Source: Setoptus koraiensis
Lineage: Eukaryota; Animalia; Arthropoda
DNA length: 64,000 bases
Direction of reading: 5' to 3'
NCBI GenBank assembly: GCA_048013815.1
Contig: CM106586.1
Coordinates: 13,082,001 to 13,146,000, forward strand
Shown here: one piece after another, positions 1 to 14,830 of the stretch
Layout: each line of letters opens with the position of its first letter
Numbering within the stretch: the first letter of the stretch is position 1
Program-made: the position numbers and the translations under genes
Notes under the pieces: model-generated
Seen by the model: only the letters and a program-made list of their open reading frames with translations
The model's database searches: none
What the model was told of the DNA's origin: nothing

Positions 1-137
1 TTGATGTGCGATGTGCGATGTTCGGTTTCGACTGACGATATCAGTTTAATTCCGATATTTTTGATACTTTCGACGATTTTGAATATTTCGATATTTTTGA
101 TAGTGTCGATAATATTGATAATTTTAATCTAATAAAT

Positions 138-355
138 TTAATTTCGAATTGATTCAAATAGTATATCAATGGCATACAGCGATGTCTGCGGGGGCGTACA
201 AATGCTCGGAGTGGTTACATGAATGATCGCTGCTTCGAGACAATGAGAACCATAGAGGTCGCGTGACACATATGCACTTGGTTGGCTCAAGTCCTTCACC
301 ATGCGACATATAGCGAGTGTGTTCGGCGTGCCGCGACAGAATTTCTGAATTATAT
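138..355 (-). CDS. Exon of a Pumilio/PUF-repeat protein (Nop9-like), gene model incomplete
   Basis: After an acceptor TTCAG| at 356 the frame reads xIIQKFCRGTPNTLAICRMVKDLSQPSAYVSRDLYGSHCLEAAI. It contains two PUF-like signatures (IIQKF and VSxDxYGSHxLE) 37 residues apart, close to the 36-aa PUF repeat. Upstream exon and true 3' end not resolved. Confidence 0.5.
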
Positions 356-994
356 CTGAATAATGTGAATATTGTGAATATAGCGAGCATTTGCGCTGGG
401 CAACACACAGTGAAAACGAAGCCACATAGGCCAATTCTAATTATAAATAGGCGGCTTGCGAGCGATCATGTTACGCAAGAGTAGCATATATTTGCATTTT
501 GGCGCACAGATTGCGCACACCTCGCACACCATTTGACACACGTATATGGTACACACATAGCATGTAAATGTTTGGCAAGACCGCCTCTTGTGAGCCTGAG
601 TCGCTATGCGACCGGCACTGGCACAGGCTCAGGCACACTGGCACAGACGCCGGCACAAATCGAGCTGGCTGCGCGCAATCTTGTCGTAGATCTAGACACT
701 ACCCTATTCTAGATATATATAGTCCTTGTGTGCAGTCGACAGGCGCAAGTGAGCCAAGGGCAGTCATAGGACAAACTTGTGGTCACGTTCACTTGTAAGT
801 CATTTCAATCGCTACACAGTCAAACGCACTGTGTGATACAATAACGATATAAAATGAATTATCATAAGTTACTTTTTCTCTTCTTGTTGTTACGTAAGCG
901 CCATTGTGCGCAAACTCGCACCCTAGGATTAAGGCGGCAAGCGCCTAGCTCCTGTGAGTCACAGACCTAGCCATCGCGATAAGACAGCGAGTCG

Positions 995-1009
995 GGCGCC
1001 AAATTTGAA
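995..1009. promoter_or_regulatory. E2F / CDE-CHR-like composite element
   Basis: GGCGC-CAAA-TTTGAA (CDE, 4-nt spacer, CHR); on the minus strand TTTGGCGC is an E2F-type site. Lies between the SoxD-1 polyA signal and the PUF exon. Motif match only. Confidence 0.3.
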
Positions 1010-1134
1010 CTGAATTCGACTTGAAGTCGACGGCTTCAAGTCGGCGACTTGGCCAAGGGGGCCAATCTTGACAATGGAAACAGAAGAGGCCGACAAATCT
1101 GCAAAACGGTTGCACGGAATATACTTCAATTGAT

Positions 1135-1140
1135 TTTATT
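1135..1140 (-). terminator. Polyadenylation signal of SoxD copy 1
   Basis: AATAAA on the minus strand about 50 nt after the TGA at 1191-1193. Confidence 0.55.
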
Positions 1141-1190
1141 CACTATGTTTATATGTACATATATATTATAATAGTGTGTCGTAAATCTAA

Positions 1191-1449
1191 TCAGTTCACC
1201 CTGCTGACCAGAGGCGTACCCGCAATTGAGCTGCTGCGACTCAGGGCATCGTCGTTGTCGACGTCCTCTTTTTCGTCGCTCGATAGGCCGTCGGCATCAA
1301 CTAGGCCATCCATTAATGCATCGACTTCATGATGGTGCCCGAATTGAGTGCCCATCCGCTCGCTCATACCCTCGGCTCCGTCCATGTAGGCGCCAAAATC
1401 GTCGTCGTTGGACGAGTTACCATCGCCGCCCTCGATGCCCATCTCGTGC
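1191..1449 (-). CDS. SoxD: SoxD copy 1, terminal exon (acidic C-terminal tail)
   Basis: Acceptor AATCACAG| at 1450; phase 2 joins RKKR to HEMGIEGGDG...SRVN-stop; homologous to 36471-36897. Confidence 0.9.
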
Positions 1450-1587
1450 CTGTGATTACATCATCATGGTAAATAAAATTGTTGATTGTTGGTTATAATG
1501 CAACGATTATATAATAATTCATATCTGTCGGTATCACTACTAATAGTCACTAGTACTAGTAACAACGGACCGTTGCGCAACACTCAC

Positions 1588-1774
1588 CTCTTTTTGCGCA
1601 TCAGCACCTTGTATTCGGAAATGCGCATCTTCTTGCCGTCCACTATGCAGGTCCGCTTCGGCCTCGGCCGATACCTGTAATCGGGATGTTTCTCCATGTG
1701 AACTTTGCTCAATCTAGACTGCTCCTCGTAGTAGGGCTGCTTCTCGGAGTTAGTCATGGCCTTCCACTTTTGGC
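1588..1774 (-). CDS. SoxD: SoxD copy 1, second half of HMG box and SoxD basic tail
   Basis: 187-nt exon, GAACAG| acceptor and AG|GTGAGT donor; encodes [63 protein letters not shown], with the SoxD-typical [13 protein letters not shown] tail. Confidence 0.96.
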
Positions 1775-1902
1775 CTGTTCATTTGCGCACAATACACAGT
1801 TAATGAGTTGAAAATAGTTGTTAGTTAACACACAAATTGTAATAAAAGAGCCATTGTTAGGTATCGTTGAATATTCACTGGAGAACAATTAAATAATTAT
1901 CA

Positions 1903-5046
<3,144 letters not shown>

Positions 5047-5052
5047 TCACAG

Positions 5053-5133
5053 TTTATAGGTGCGAGTGATGAGACAAGTGAATGAACAACAACAAATCAA
5101 ATATAGGATGAACAATGTTGATGCAATTGTTGT
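5053..5133 (-). promoter_or_regulatory. Proximal promoter-like block conserved with copy 2 (paired Sox motifs, E-box, TATA)
   Basis: 5098-5133 matches 41678-41713 at 34/36 nt and holds AACAAT and ATTGTT; CAAGTG at 5075-5080; TATAAA (minus) at 5058-5053. Confidence 0.5.
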
Positions 5134-8100
5134 TGCGCAACGTTGTACACTTGCCACCATTGTAGTGTGCATTGTATAGTTTGTGTGTTGAGGATAGCGC
5201 CACTAGGGGTCGCCAGTGGTTTTGATTTATTTCCCATGGAGCACCTAAGTAGACGATATGCGTCACGATAGGTCATGATGACAATCGACTCGAATTACCA
5301 CCGCCGCTGCTGCCTCGTTGGCTGCTAATTTGGTGGCCACTCATTATTCATGGCTATTCTTTTACACACACACACACACACTCACAATTAATTAATCGGA
5401 CAAAAAAGCTGGACGAGAAAAGAAAGAATTAAATCGGGCGACGTCGCATTAATAGCTGGCCAACTGGACAAATAAGGGCAAAAGTTTGACTCAAAAATGC
5501 TGATTTATGGCCGCTTGAGCAGCCAGATTGTAGGCCTGTTTGAGTTGGTCAACTGGCCACATAATAGCACCTTGTGGGCTGCGTCGCTGTTTGTCAAACA
5601 GCAAGACGTGAGCAGTTTGGCAGTTAGGCCGACTCTTGGGTGCCCTGGCGGTGGCTTGTGTTCAACAACTTTGTGTTTACAACAATATCAGTGATGCAAC
5701 ACTGCTACACTGTTTTACTGTGGCACACACTCGGTAGGCGAAAAAAGCCACCAACGGCTGATAGGTGAAATTAATCATCACCATCCATATGGCTCTGGCT
5801 GTGGCCGAGAGAGGTGAGTATTTTGCGAGGATTAGCCAGCGAGTGGCCGCGCAACACAAGCCGCAATGGGCCAACTAAATCAAGATGTGCCGCTGTCCGG
5901 CGCTTGTCGTTGTCCAGCGGCGGTCGCTGTCCGGCGCTTGTCGTTGTCCAGCGGCGGTTGCTGTTGTCCGGCGGTTGCTGCTGGGCCGCCCGACGCGGCT
6001 TCGAAAGAACGCACCGTGATCCGCGACCCAGACAGACGCAGACAACAATCACGCTGTTATGAATTGATGGCCATAATGGACGGTCGCCGTGGATAAATTG
6101 GACACAAGCTCGTAATGGACACAGTTGAAGCCAATTGTGGTTGGCCGGCCCACTGTGCTCGCAATAAATATCGCCGGCGGTGCCAGCAGCCAATATATTG
6201 CGAGCCAATATGCGATATAATGCCATTCTTTATATCTGCGAATCGAGTCAGCAGCGAGCAGCACAGCGGGCAAAGACGCTGAGCCGAAAAAGGCACGCCA
6301 AAAAAGACAATTAATTAATAGCTCATTAGATGACAATGATTAGCCGCTAATGGGTAAAGAAGCGGCCATCTTCGCTGACAAGATTCTTGGCTATGTGCTG
6401 CCCATAGCCATATCTTGCATTGTGTGCCCATTGGACCACGCCGACTGTCGCAAGTGTACATGACGCAAGTATATGCGACCACCATTATGGCCATATTGAC
6501 ACTGGGCGAGAGAGAAAGTGTGAGAATGGGAGCGCGCCAAACAATCCGACTGACCAGTGGCCGAGTGGCAGCGAGCGCAACTATGCAAAGTCACTTGTAA
6601 TGTGCTCGCTGACCATTCTCGGGCCGCCCATTACACGCAATAATGAGGACGTGCTGGCGCTCGATGATATACGAGCCAAACTCAGCGTGAAACAATGATA
6701 ACTTTATGATAACTCGGCACTTCTCGTTGTTTGCGACGACAACTGGCGCTTATGTAAGTGCTCACATCTCGTTCGGACAGCAATGATATGGCCAACTGTG
6801 CGCCGTGATACCATTATGTATTTGTGGCAAAACAATATTGCCAGTGTGCTCCAGTTTGGCCGGCGCTGTGTGACCGACTGCGAAAATCGCCGCGTTACCC
6901 GACTGTCGCAAGTTGGCACACAAGCTAACACACAAGTTACATAACGCGAGTTACACATAACACAAGTGACACTGATCATGATTTTGTGTTTATCTAGCCA
7001 GTTTAATGGCGCATGATATTACGTAACAATCGCACAATGCAATCAGCAATAACGATAAAATAACGATAAAATGCAGCAACTGAAAATATTGCGCAATTGC
7101 GCGCCTATTGATCGAGCATGCGAAGCAATGACAACCTCGTCAGAGCCACATGTCCGTGGCCAACAAGCATGTTTGTTTGGTCACACCGGTCATTTTAGTT
7201 TTTTGATTTGGTCAATCAGTTGCTTGGTGAGTCGACGAACAGTCACTGTTTGAAACAGTGGCCACTAACAAGTTTTGGAGCTGTGAAACAATTGCAACAA
7301 CAGCAACAACAATATCGACCATCGAGTAGCTCGTTCAGTGTGCTCATGTATCATGGCTGTGCCATTAATTAATTAGCGCAAACCAACCGCACTGGATAGC
7401 CATCAAATGTCGGCACAGTTTGTCGTTGTGCACAGCACGCAAAACAATCAAAACAATTAAATGACGACCTAACAATATCGCATTGCGCAATTGTTAGGTC
7501 GTCATTGTCATATTTCACAATTAATTAATTATCAAGCGCCAGTCGCTGGCAATGGGCACAGGTGACACAGGCATCATGTGTCAAGATAGTGGCGCAATAG
7601 CTTGTGCGAATGCGCGCCATTCAATCGGCGGGCCAGCCAGCCAACAAACAACCAATTATAGGCCACAAGAAGAATACCAACCTATAATTAGCGAGGCCGT
7701 GATTATTGTGTATGGCACTGGCCGATAATGCGATCGATCGAAGATAGCACAAGCTGGCAAGAAGAAGAGAATCGGCCAGCGACAAATAAAAGAATAACAA
7801 CAGCGCCAGAGTCTGAATAATAAGTTGGCTTGCTAAGGTCAAATCACGAGCTGTCACGTGGCCCACATACAATCGCAATTACGGTTCACTAATCTTAATC
7901 TAGCAGCGCGCACATCAATCTCCATACGGCACCCAGTCAATTATTGGCTCGTCATGCAGTGCGCACTACACAATCGTCTCGAGCCGCGTCGTCTAATCGT
8001 CTCATGGCGGCACGGGCTCGCATCGAGCGGCCGGATAATAGAGCGAGATAAGATAACTGACCACTTGGCCCGCGAGCGTGAATAAAGAGCCCAACGGCGA

Positions 8101-8888
8101 TGGGCCCCACTTAAGGGCGGGCGGGGGATATAGTGTAGCGTGCGAGTGCGTGCATAAGTCCCGCTACTTGGGCGATTGATTGATTTTCGGGCTAACATTT
8201 GAACATTGGGAATTGATTTGTTCAACTGATTGCGCCGAATTGCACGCCAGTCCTAAGTGAGTGCTGAGTAGTTGTAGCAAAATAAAAGATTTCTTCTCTA
8301 TTATGACAGCAGCAGCGGCAGCAGCGGCAACACTGGTCAAAAGCGAGTGCAAGTATCTCACGATACCTCGACAGATCCTTTAATTTGATACTCATCGCTG
8401 CTAATGCTACTTAGCGCCAACAGTTTCGGGCCGGCCAAACGGTCGGTTCGCATCGAATGGCTGCACTAATAATGTCGACGGTGTGTGTGTCACAAAAAGA
8501 AGCTTTCGTTACAGTGACACGGGCGATGCAGAGGCGCCGCCATCGTGCGAACCGGGCCCGCGTGTCCAGTATCCAGTTTCACCGGCGACAACGCCAACAA
8601 CAACAACAACAGCGCCAACTACATCCACAGCGCCAACAACAACAACCACTGGCGACGGACACGAGCCGTCGCACTGGCAACTGTTGGCAATGTTGTTGTT
8701 GCGCCGGCAACGCTGTTATGCAACGGCGAGTAAATAAAGTGAGCATCACTGGTCAGCGGCAATAACTCAAGTGGCAGCAACCGACACAAAAGCAGAAACA
8801 ACAACAGCGCACCGATAGTTCACCTTTCTAATTTTAGAACAGCCAGCGCCGCGACATTTTATACATGCTGTGCCGTAATGAGCGCTGC

Positions 8889-8922
<34 letters not shown>

Positions 8923-11900
8923 GTTGCTGCTGCTGCTGCTGTGATTTGATACTGGCTCACTCCACATTTGGGGTCACTCTCACTTTCTCGCCAGCGAATG
9001 GCCTGGCTTAACCGGTGCCGGCGGGACACTCAAGCGACCAAACAAACAAACGAACCAACAAACGAACCAACAAACGAACCGGCAAACAACATGTAAACAT
9101 CGTGTCGTCGAGTGGACCGAATCAAGTAACATCAGCATAATTATAATAAATAAACAAACACACTACTTAACATGAGCAAACAAACAGATTTATCTGATAG
9201 CTCACACCACGTCGTGTCATCGTTTTATTTTATTCCTCTTGTTCTCGTTCTGTCACTCACTCTCCCCCGCTACACACACACACTCGCTTTCTCTGTCCCT
9301 TGGTCTGTTCTCATCATCATATTACATCACGCAATTACTGCTGGCCGTACAGTGTGTTACATAATCGCGCGCAGCCGATTTACATAAGCGAGCCACGATA
9401 AGCTGCCCATCTGAGACCAGCTGAGATTGAGAGAAGCAATTGAGCACACAGTTGAATGTAAAAAGAATGCAATTTGATTCGCTGTTTGTGTCGCGCCCCA
9501 CTGACCGGTGACTTTCGATAATGCGACACATCATTGTCTCGCCGGCTATACAAACAATCAATGGCGCTCGCATTGGCGCCACAATTGAGCTAATCGGCTA
9601 ATCAGGTTACTCTGAGCTTAGCTGTGCGCGCTGTTTACGGCTAAGTTTTGCCCAAACGAGCTAAACTTAGTCGGCTGGCCGCAACTCTCGCTACGGACAG
9701 ACTGTTTTAGGCTGACCGGACAACGGAACGACGGCACAATGGGCCACATTCGGCCCACAGTGACACATTCGACTTGTGCCGTCCTGTTTCCATGTTGCGC
9801 CTCGCAAGTTGCCAGTGACAACATTGGTTGACACCAGTCAACATAAGTCTGCTTGTTATTTGAGCGGCGACCAAGGCCAACCGATCGCTGCAGTTAATTG
9901 ATTAGACTTTAAATCTACAAGATGGGTTTTGGCGAACAGATCGCTCGCTACGGCAGCGCTGCCAGCGATCGTCTTGAGCAACTTTTCGTTCACATCTGAT
10001 ACAACCATCTTGTGACGACTCACTATTATATTAGAAATCACAAATGGTATTATATTAACATTATTATAAAACACAACTTCATTCATTTGCTAACTACTCT
10101 GTACGTATTGCGTATACGTATCGCCTCGGTTGTTTGCGTCACTGCACGCTTGTCGTTTGAGCGAGCCAATTGAACAACAAAAAGTACAAACTTACACTTT
10201 AAACACTGTGCTGTCGACAACAACGACACACACGCCACAACTCCGTGTGCCATATGGCGCCCAACCAGCCACCATCAATGGCACCTGTGGCCGCGCTAAA
10301 TGATTTCGTGCTCGTTTCGTTTGTCTTGTTAATTGCCACAAACAATCCTATATTGACTGAATTATTCAGCGTTGACTGTCGACATATCTACACGCTATAT
10401 TAATATAGCATGGGCTGTGTTCGTTGCGTGCCGAAACAGAAAAATTGGCACTTCATGCAACATAAAGTCAGTTGAAATAACAATACCATATTCGACTACT
10501 ACAATGCAACAACAAATATGCCTATAAAACTCGCATGTCTCAATAAGCGCGCCTTGACAAGTGCGCCTCGGTAGCCGTGCCTCGGCAACTGTGCCTCGAT
10601 GACTGCGCCGAGACACAATAACACAAACAAACAGCGTTCAACAATAACATGACTTAATGATTGTCGGCCCGACGATATTGTCTGGCGCGTTTCCGATTGC
10701 GCTCGCTCTGTCGCAATTGCTGGCTTGCAATCGCTGCCGTACGATCGCTGCCGTGCAATTGCCGTTGGGGTCTGGAGTGGGGCAGCGCTCGGGGTTCATG
10801 GTTGGCAGTTCAGGGTGGAAGGCAGTCGCGAGTAGTGGTGTCGCCGGGATGAGTCGCGGGGACATTACGTACGCGAGAGAGAGCGAGAGAGAAAGCGAGA
10901 GAGAAATGTCGCCTCGCCATGTGTGCAGTGCTAATGGCAAATTAACATTGGCATGTCATGAGGATCGAGTCCATTAAAAGCAAGCGAGCGAGCGAGCGAA
11001 AAGGAAAGTGTTGCTCGCCCGATCGAAGCCACTCGCAAGCGGCCTTGAGTTGAGTCATGTTGTTGTTGCCGGCGTGGTTGTTGTCGCGGTTGTTGTTGCT
11101 GTTGTGGCTGCTGCTGTTGTTGTTGTCGTTGCGCAATGTGTCAGTTGAGCAGACAAACCACATCGTTACCCATTATCTCGTCGTCTGGCAGTCGCTGGTG
11201 ATTATGCGAGCTGCATTGTTATTGTTGTTGTTGTTTTAGGCCTCGCTTCTTGGAGACAAACAACAGCGAGCAGATCGACAGAGACCGAGACAAAGCTGCT
11301 GCTGCTGCTGCTGTTGTTATTGTGTGTGAATGCGTTATTAATTTGCAAATGCACTTGTCGTCGTCGTCGTCGTCGTCGATCGCATTATCACAGCACAGCC
11401 CTATTAGTGGTATCCTATAGTACACAGTGTATACACGACGGCGCGCATCGACGGGCTCACATGAGCGCATTGTGATACAATATTATTGTGTATTTATTGT
11501 GTGCAATATCACCGATACTCGCAATGATGGTAGATATATTGAACTAACAATGTAAGTTACTTGTTACAAGCACACGCATGCATGCATTATTGGGCGCACA
11601 CACACAGCACACAGCAGCTATCAGCAACCAACGGGCTAAACTGCTGAGCTCATCCCTCGCAACAATGGCCCGACAACTGATGAAAGTCATGCAAAACCAA
11701 TAAAAATAACACAAATGCCAAAACAAATAGAAATAATACCAATGGTGGCAACAATAATGCCAATGATGCCAATTATTGCTATTAGTATTGCCATAAGCAT
11801 GTCTCAGCAGACACGATATGCGCGATGCGCCAACAACAATGCCCATGAGAGCTGAAACTTTTGTTTGCCATCGCCATTATTGGTCGCCGTTCGTCACTAT

Positions 11901-14101
11901 TGGTCGACATTCGTCATTTACTTATTATTTTATTCGTGCAGACGCCCAACAATGGGCACACATGTGCCGCCTCAACGCCATTTGCGCACAATTGGTACAA
12001 TTGTTGAAATTTTACCAATTGCATCATTCAAAGCGGCTCACTGTGATGAGTGGCTCATTTTTGCAGCCACGCAAACACAAATCGGTGCGTCGTTGTGTAG
12101 GCTTGTAAGCCGCGCAGTGATGCCAATCAAGCGAAATTCGACTAAAACCCGACTCTTCACCAATACTCTGCGCGATCGAGCCGAGCTGGTCGACGCGTCG
12201 CCAGTGGCTAGGTGGCTGGCACTATTGTTGTTGCCTATGTCGCCTATATGGGTCGCTCGCTGTTGCTGCTCGTCGTGTCATATCGCGCGTCTCGGAGAGG
12301 CTCTCTCATTAGCTCGCATTATCAACTCGGCTAACGAGCTTCTAACGAGTTTGCCCAAGTTTGATTGGGGGCGCCCAAGCAGCAGCGACTGTCAGCCAAG
12401 TGTCTAGCTGTTCACTAATTGACTGTGAGCAGTCGCAGTTTCGTGTGTGATTTTGCTATCGGATGATACATTTCGCATTTGGCGTTTCGCATCATGCATT
12501 TTGGCCCGACTGACTGTGTCGCGAGCAACAAGCAATTTTGAATTGCAACAACAGCCATCTTTGCGTATTTGCGAGCTGCTGCTGCTGCTGTTGTTGTTGT
12601 CGTTGTGATCGCGAAGCCTAAAACTTGCATCAGCCAACAAGCCAACAAGAGCGGAGCATGTCGTTAAATGGTTGGGCGCAAATGATTGATGGTGGCGTTG
12701 ACACTTGTGCTGCTGCTAGCGGATATATCAGCAGCCACAACAATTACCACATTGAGCGACATTATACAACAATGTCACAATGACGATACCATCATATTAT
12801 ACAACAACGTGAACAACAATATGCCATGCACCAGCAGCTAGTTGCAGCTAGTGACAATGTCGCCACTAGCATGCTCGCGAATTATAAATGCGTATCATCT
12901 GTCTATATTATCTGCTTATCTATTTGTTAGCGGTTAATTTGGCTCAATTGGTCTCTCTCGTTCACTTGCCCTCCTCCGCGTCGCACCAAATTGTGCACTA
13001 TTATGCATGATGCCATTATTTGCACATTATTGTTGCGTTACTTTTATTATTGCCCCCAGTTAGTGTGTCTTGGGCAGCGCCATTCTATCTAACAGCGCTG
13101 CATTTCGCGCATCTAATAGATTCGCTAGATCTACCCACTGATGAATCTCGTCATCTCGTCCGCGGCTGGCTGGCTGGTGGGAGGCTCGCTGGAAGCCACC
13201 AAAGTGACACACACACACACATTATAGCTGCTCAGCTGGTGCGCTTGACAATAATAATTGTTGCCAGACGGCGGACAAGGCTTCGGGCCAACAATTCCCA
13301 GCGGCACCCACAAGCAGCGCACGAGATTTAGCGAGAGAGAGAGAGAGAGAGAGACGGATAATTGTTTTCTCTGGGCGCTGGCGCTTCATGGGCTTTGTGT
13401 GCCCAGTGTGAGACTGGCAGCGTGGACCTTGAAGCGGATAATTGTTGTTTCTCACCATTATTGCCATCATTGTGGGCGCACAAGTTTCAACGGAGCGCGG
13501 GACAGGGCCGATCGATGGCTTCTCTGGCTCTCTCTCTGGCGCCCATTCATTCATTGGGAGCGAGTGCGTGCGATCAATGAATGAAATGAGTAATCTATCC
13601 ATCGCATCGTGCAATATATGCAAATGATCATGATAGATAGTGACAGATTTAGAGCACACCCGCAGCAGAGAAGCCGTACATTGGGCCAGTAGGGCCTGCA
13701 TATGGTGGTCAGTCGGTGGCGCAGTTTCATCGGCAACGATTTGATAATCATCAAATCATGTGGCTGCGCGCATTTAGGCCCACATTATAAATCATCGTCA
13801 CTAATGGATGTGCGGCACAATTCAAAATCGCATCTCATTACCGCTGGCCGAGCTGTAAGGCCGTCGGACATAGCAGTGGGCCGAGTGTGACAGGGGCAAA
13901 ATCCGAGGATGAAATCGCCAACAATCCGCATTGATTGACTGTGTGTGTGTGACCAACGACACAGTTTGGCTCGTACAACGTATAATGGGGATATTGGGCA
14001 CGTATTATACACGTGCTATAATACGTGGTGCATAATGATACAACGGGGCGATGCGCGCGCGCGCGCCTCTAATGGGAAATAACAGGTTGCTCACAACTTA
14101 C

Positions 14102-14618
14102 CTTGTCTGTGTGGCGCTGTTGCTGCTGTCGCTGGTGGCTGTTTAGCGGGCCCGCGGTTGCGTCATTATCTGGCTCGTGTCCCATGGCTTGGCTGGCGGC
14201 GCTCGAACGAGTGCTGTAGTCAGTGTTTGAGTCGGTGCTAGAATCGGTGTTTAAATCGGTGCTTAAATCAATGCCCAAATCGGTGGCCGGCCGTTGGTGC
14301 TGAGCCAGCGGCGATTCGGGTGCGCGCACCAGGCAATCGGCCGAGACAATCGACAGTGAGGGCGACAATGACGACGCCGACGATGCTGTTGTTGGACAGG
14401 GCGACGGAGGCTCAAACAGGCCGCTGGTGCGCGTGTCGCTGCCAATGGAATTTGTGATGGTCATAGATGGATCATGGTTCATGTAATCACAACTAGTGGT
14501 CAGTTTGGTGGTGTCGCTGTGTCGTTGTTTGCTCGCGGGGCAACTCTCGGCCCTGTTGTTTGGTGCTGGCTCTTGCGAGCGTGCGCTATTGTCTTGTTTC
14601 ATTGTTTGCTCGGCTGGG
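14102..14618 (-). CDS. Putative upstream coding exon of SoxD copy 1 (S/T/D-rich, low complexity)
   Basis: Open frame (PAEQTMKQDNSARSQEP...QRHTDK) ends at a perfect AAG|GTAAGT donor in phase 0, matching the phase-0 CAG|GCC acceptor at 4905. CTAAT branch-like motif and ACAACAAG| acceptor at 14619; in-frame ATG at 14602. Confidence 0.55.
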
Positions 14619-14785
14619 CTTGTTGTAACTATTATTATATTAGTATAAATAAACTTGTAAACTGTTGTAACTATTGTAACACTATAACATAACACCGACA
14701 ATTGTGGCGATGTCACGATTTAGAAACGACTACCGGCGTAACGGTAAACTCGAGCCGCTGTCAATGTTGCAGTGTCGCAGCTCAC

Positions 14786-14830
14786 CTGTCCGCTTGGGGG
14801 CCTATTGTTGTGCTGCGTTCGGTTGTCGTG
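14786..14830 (-). CDS. Putative 45-nt phase 2-2 micro-exon upstream of SoxD copy 1
   Basis: TTTCAG| acceptor, CAG|GTGAGC donor and a 167-nt intron to 14618; in frame (TTTERSTTIGPQADS). No ATG, so a further exon is needed. Confidence 0.3.

Noticed and set aside
471-798. Cys-rich frames suggesting a zinc-finger protein
   Set aside because: No consistent metal-binding pattern, start or splice structure; TGTG-rich composition explains the Cys.
9938-9972. GGCAGCGCTGCC palindrome inside protein-like short frames on both strands
   Set aside because: Short (25-50 aa) frames with no splice or family support; the stem is too short and bulged for a precursor.
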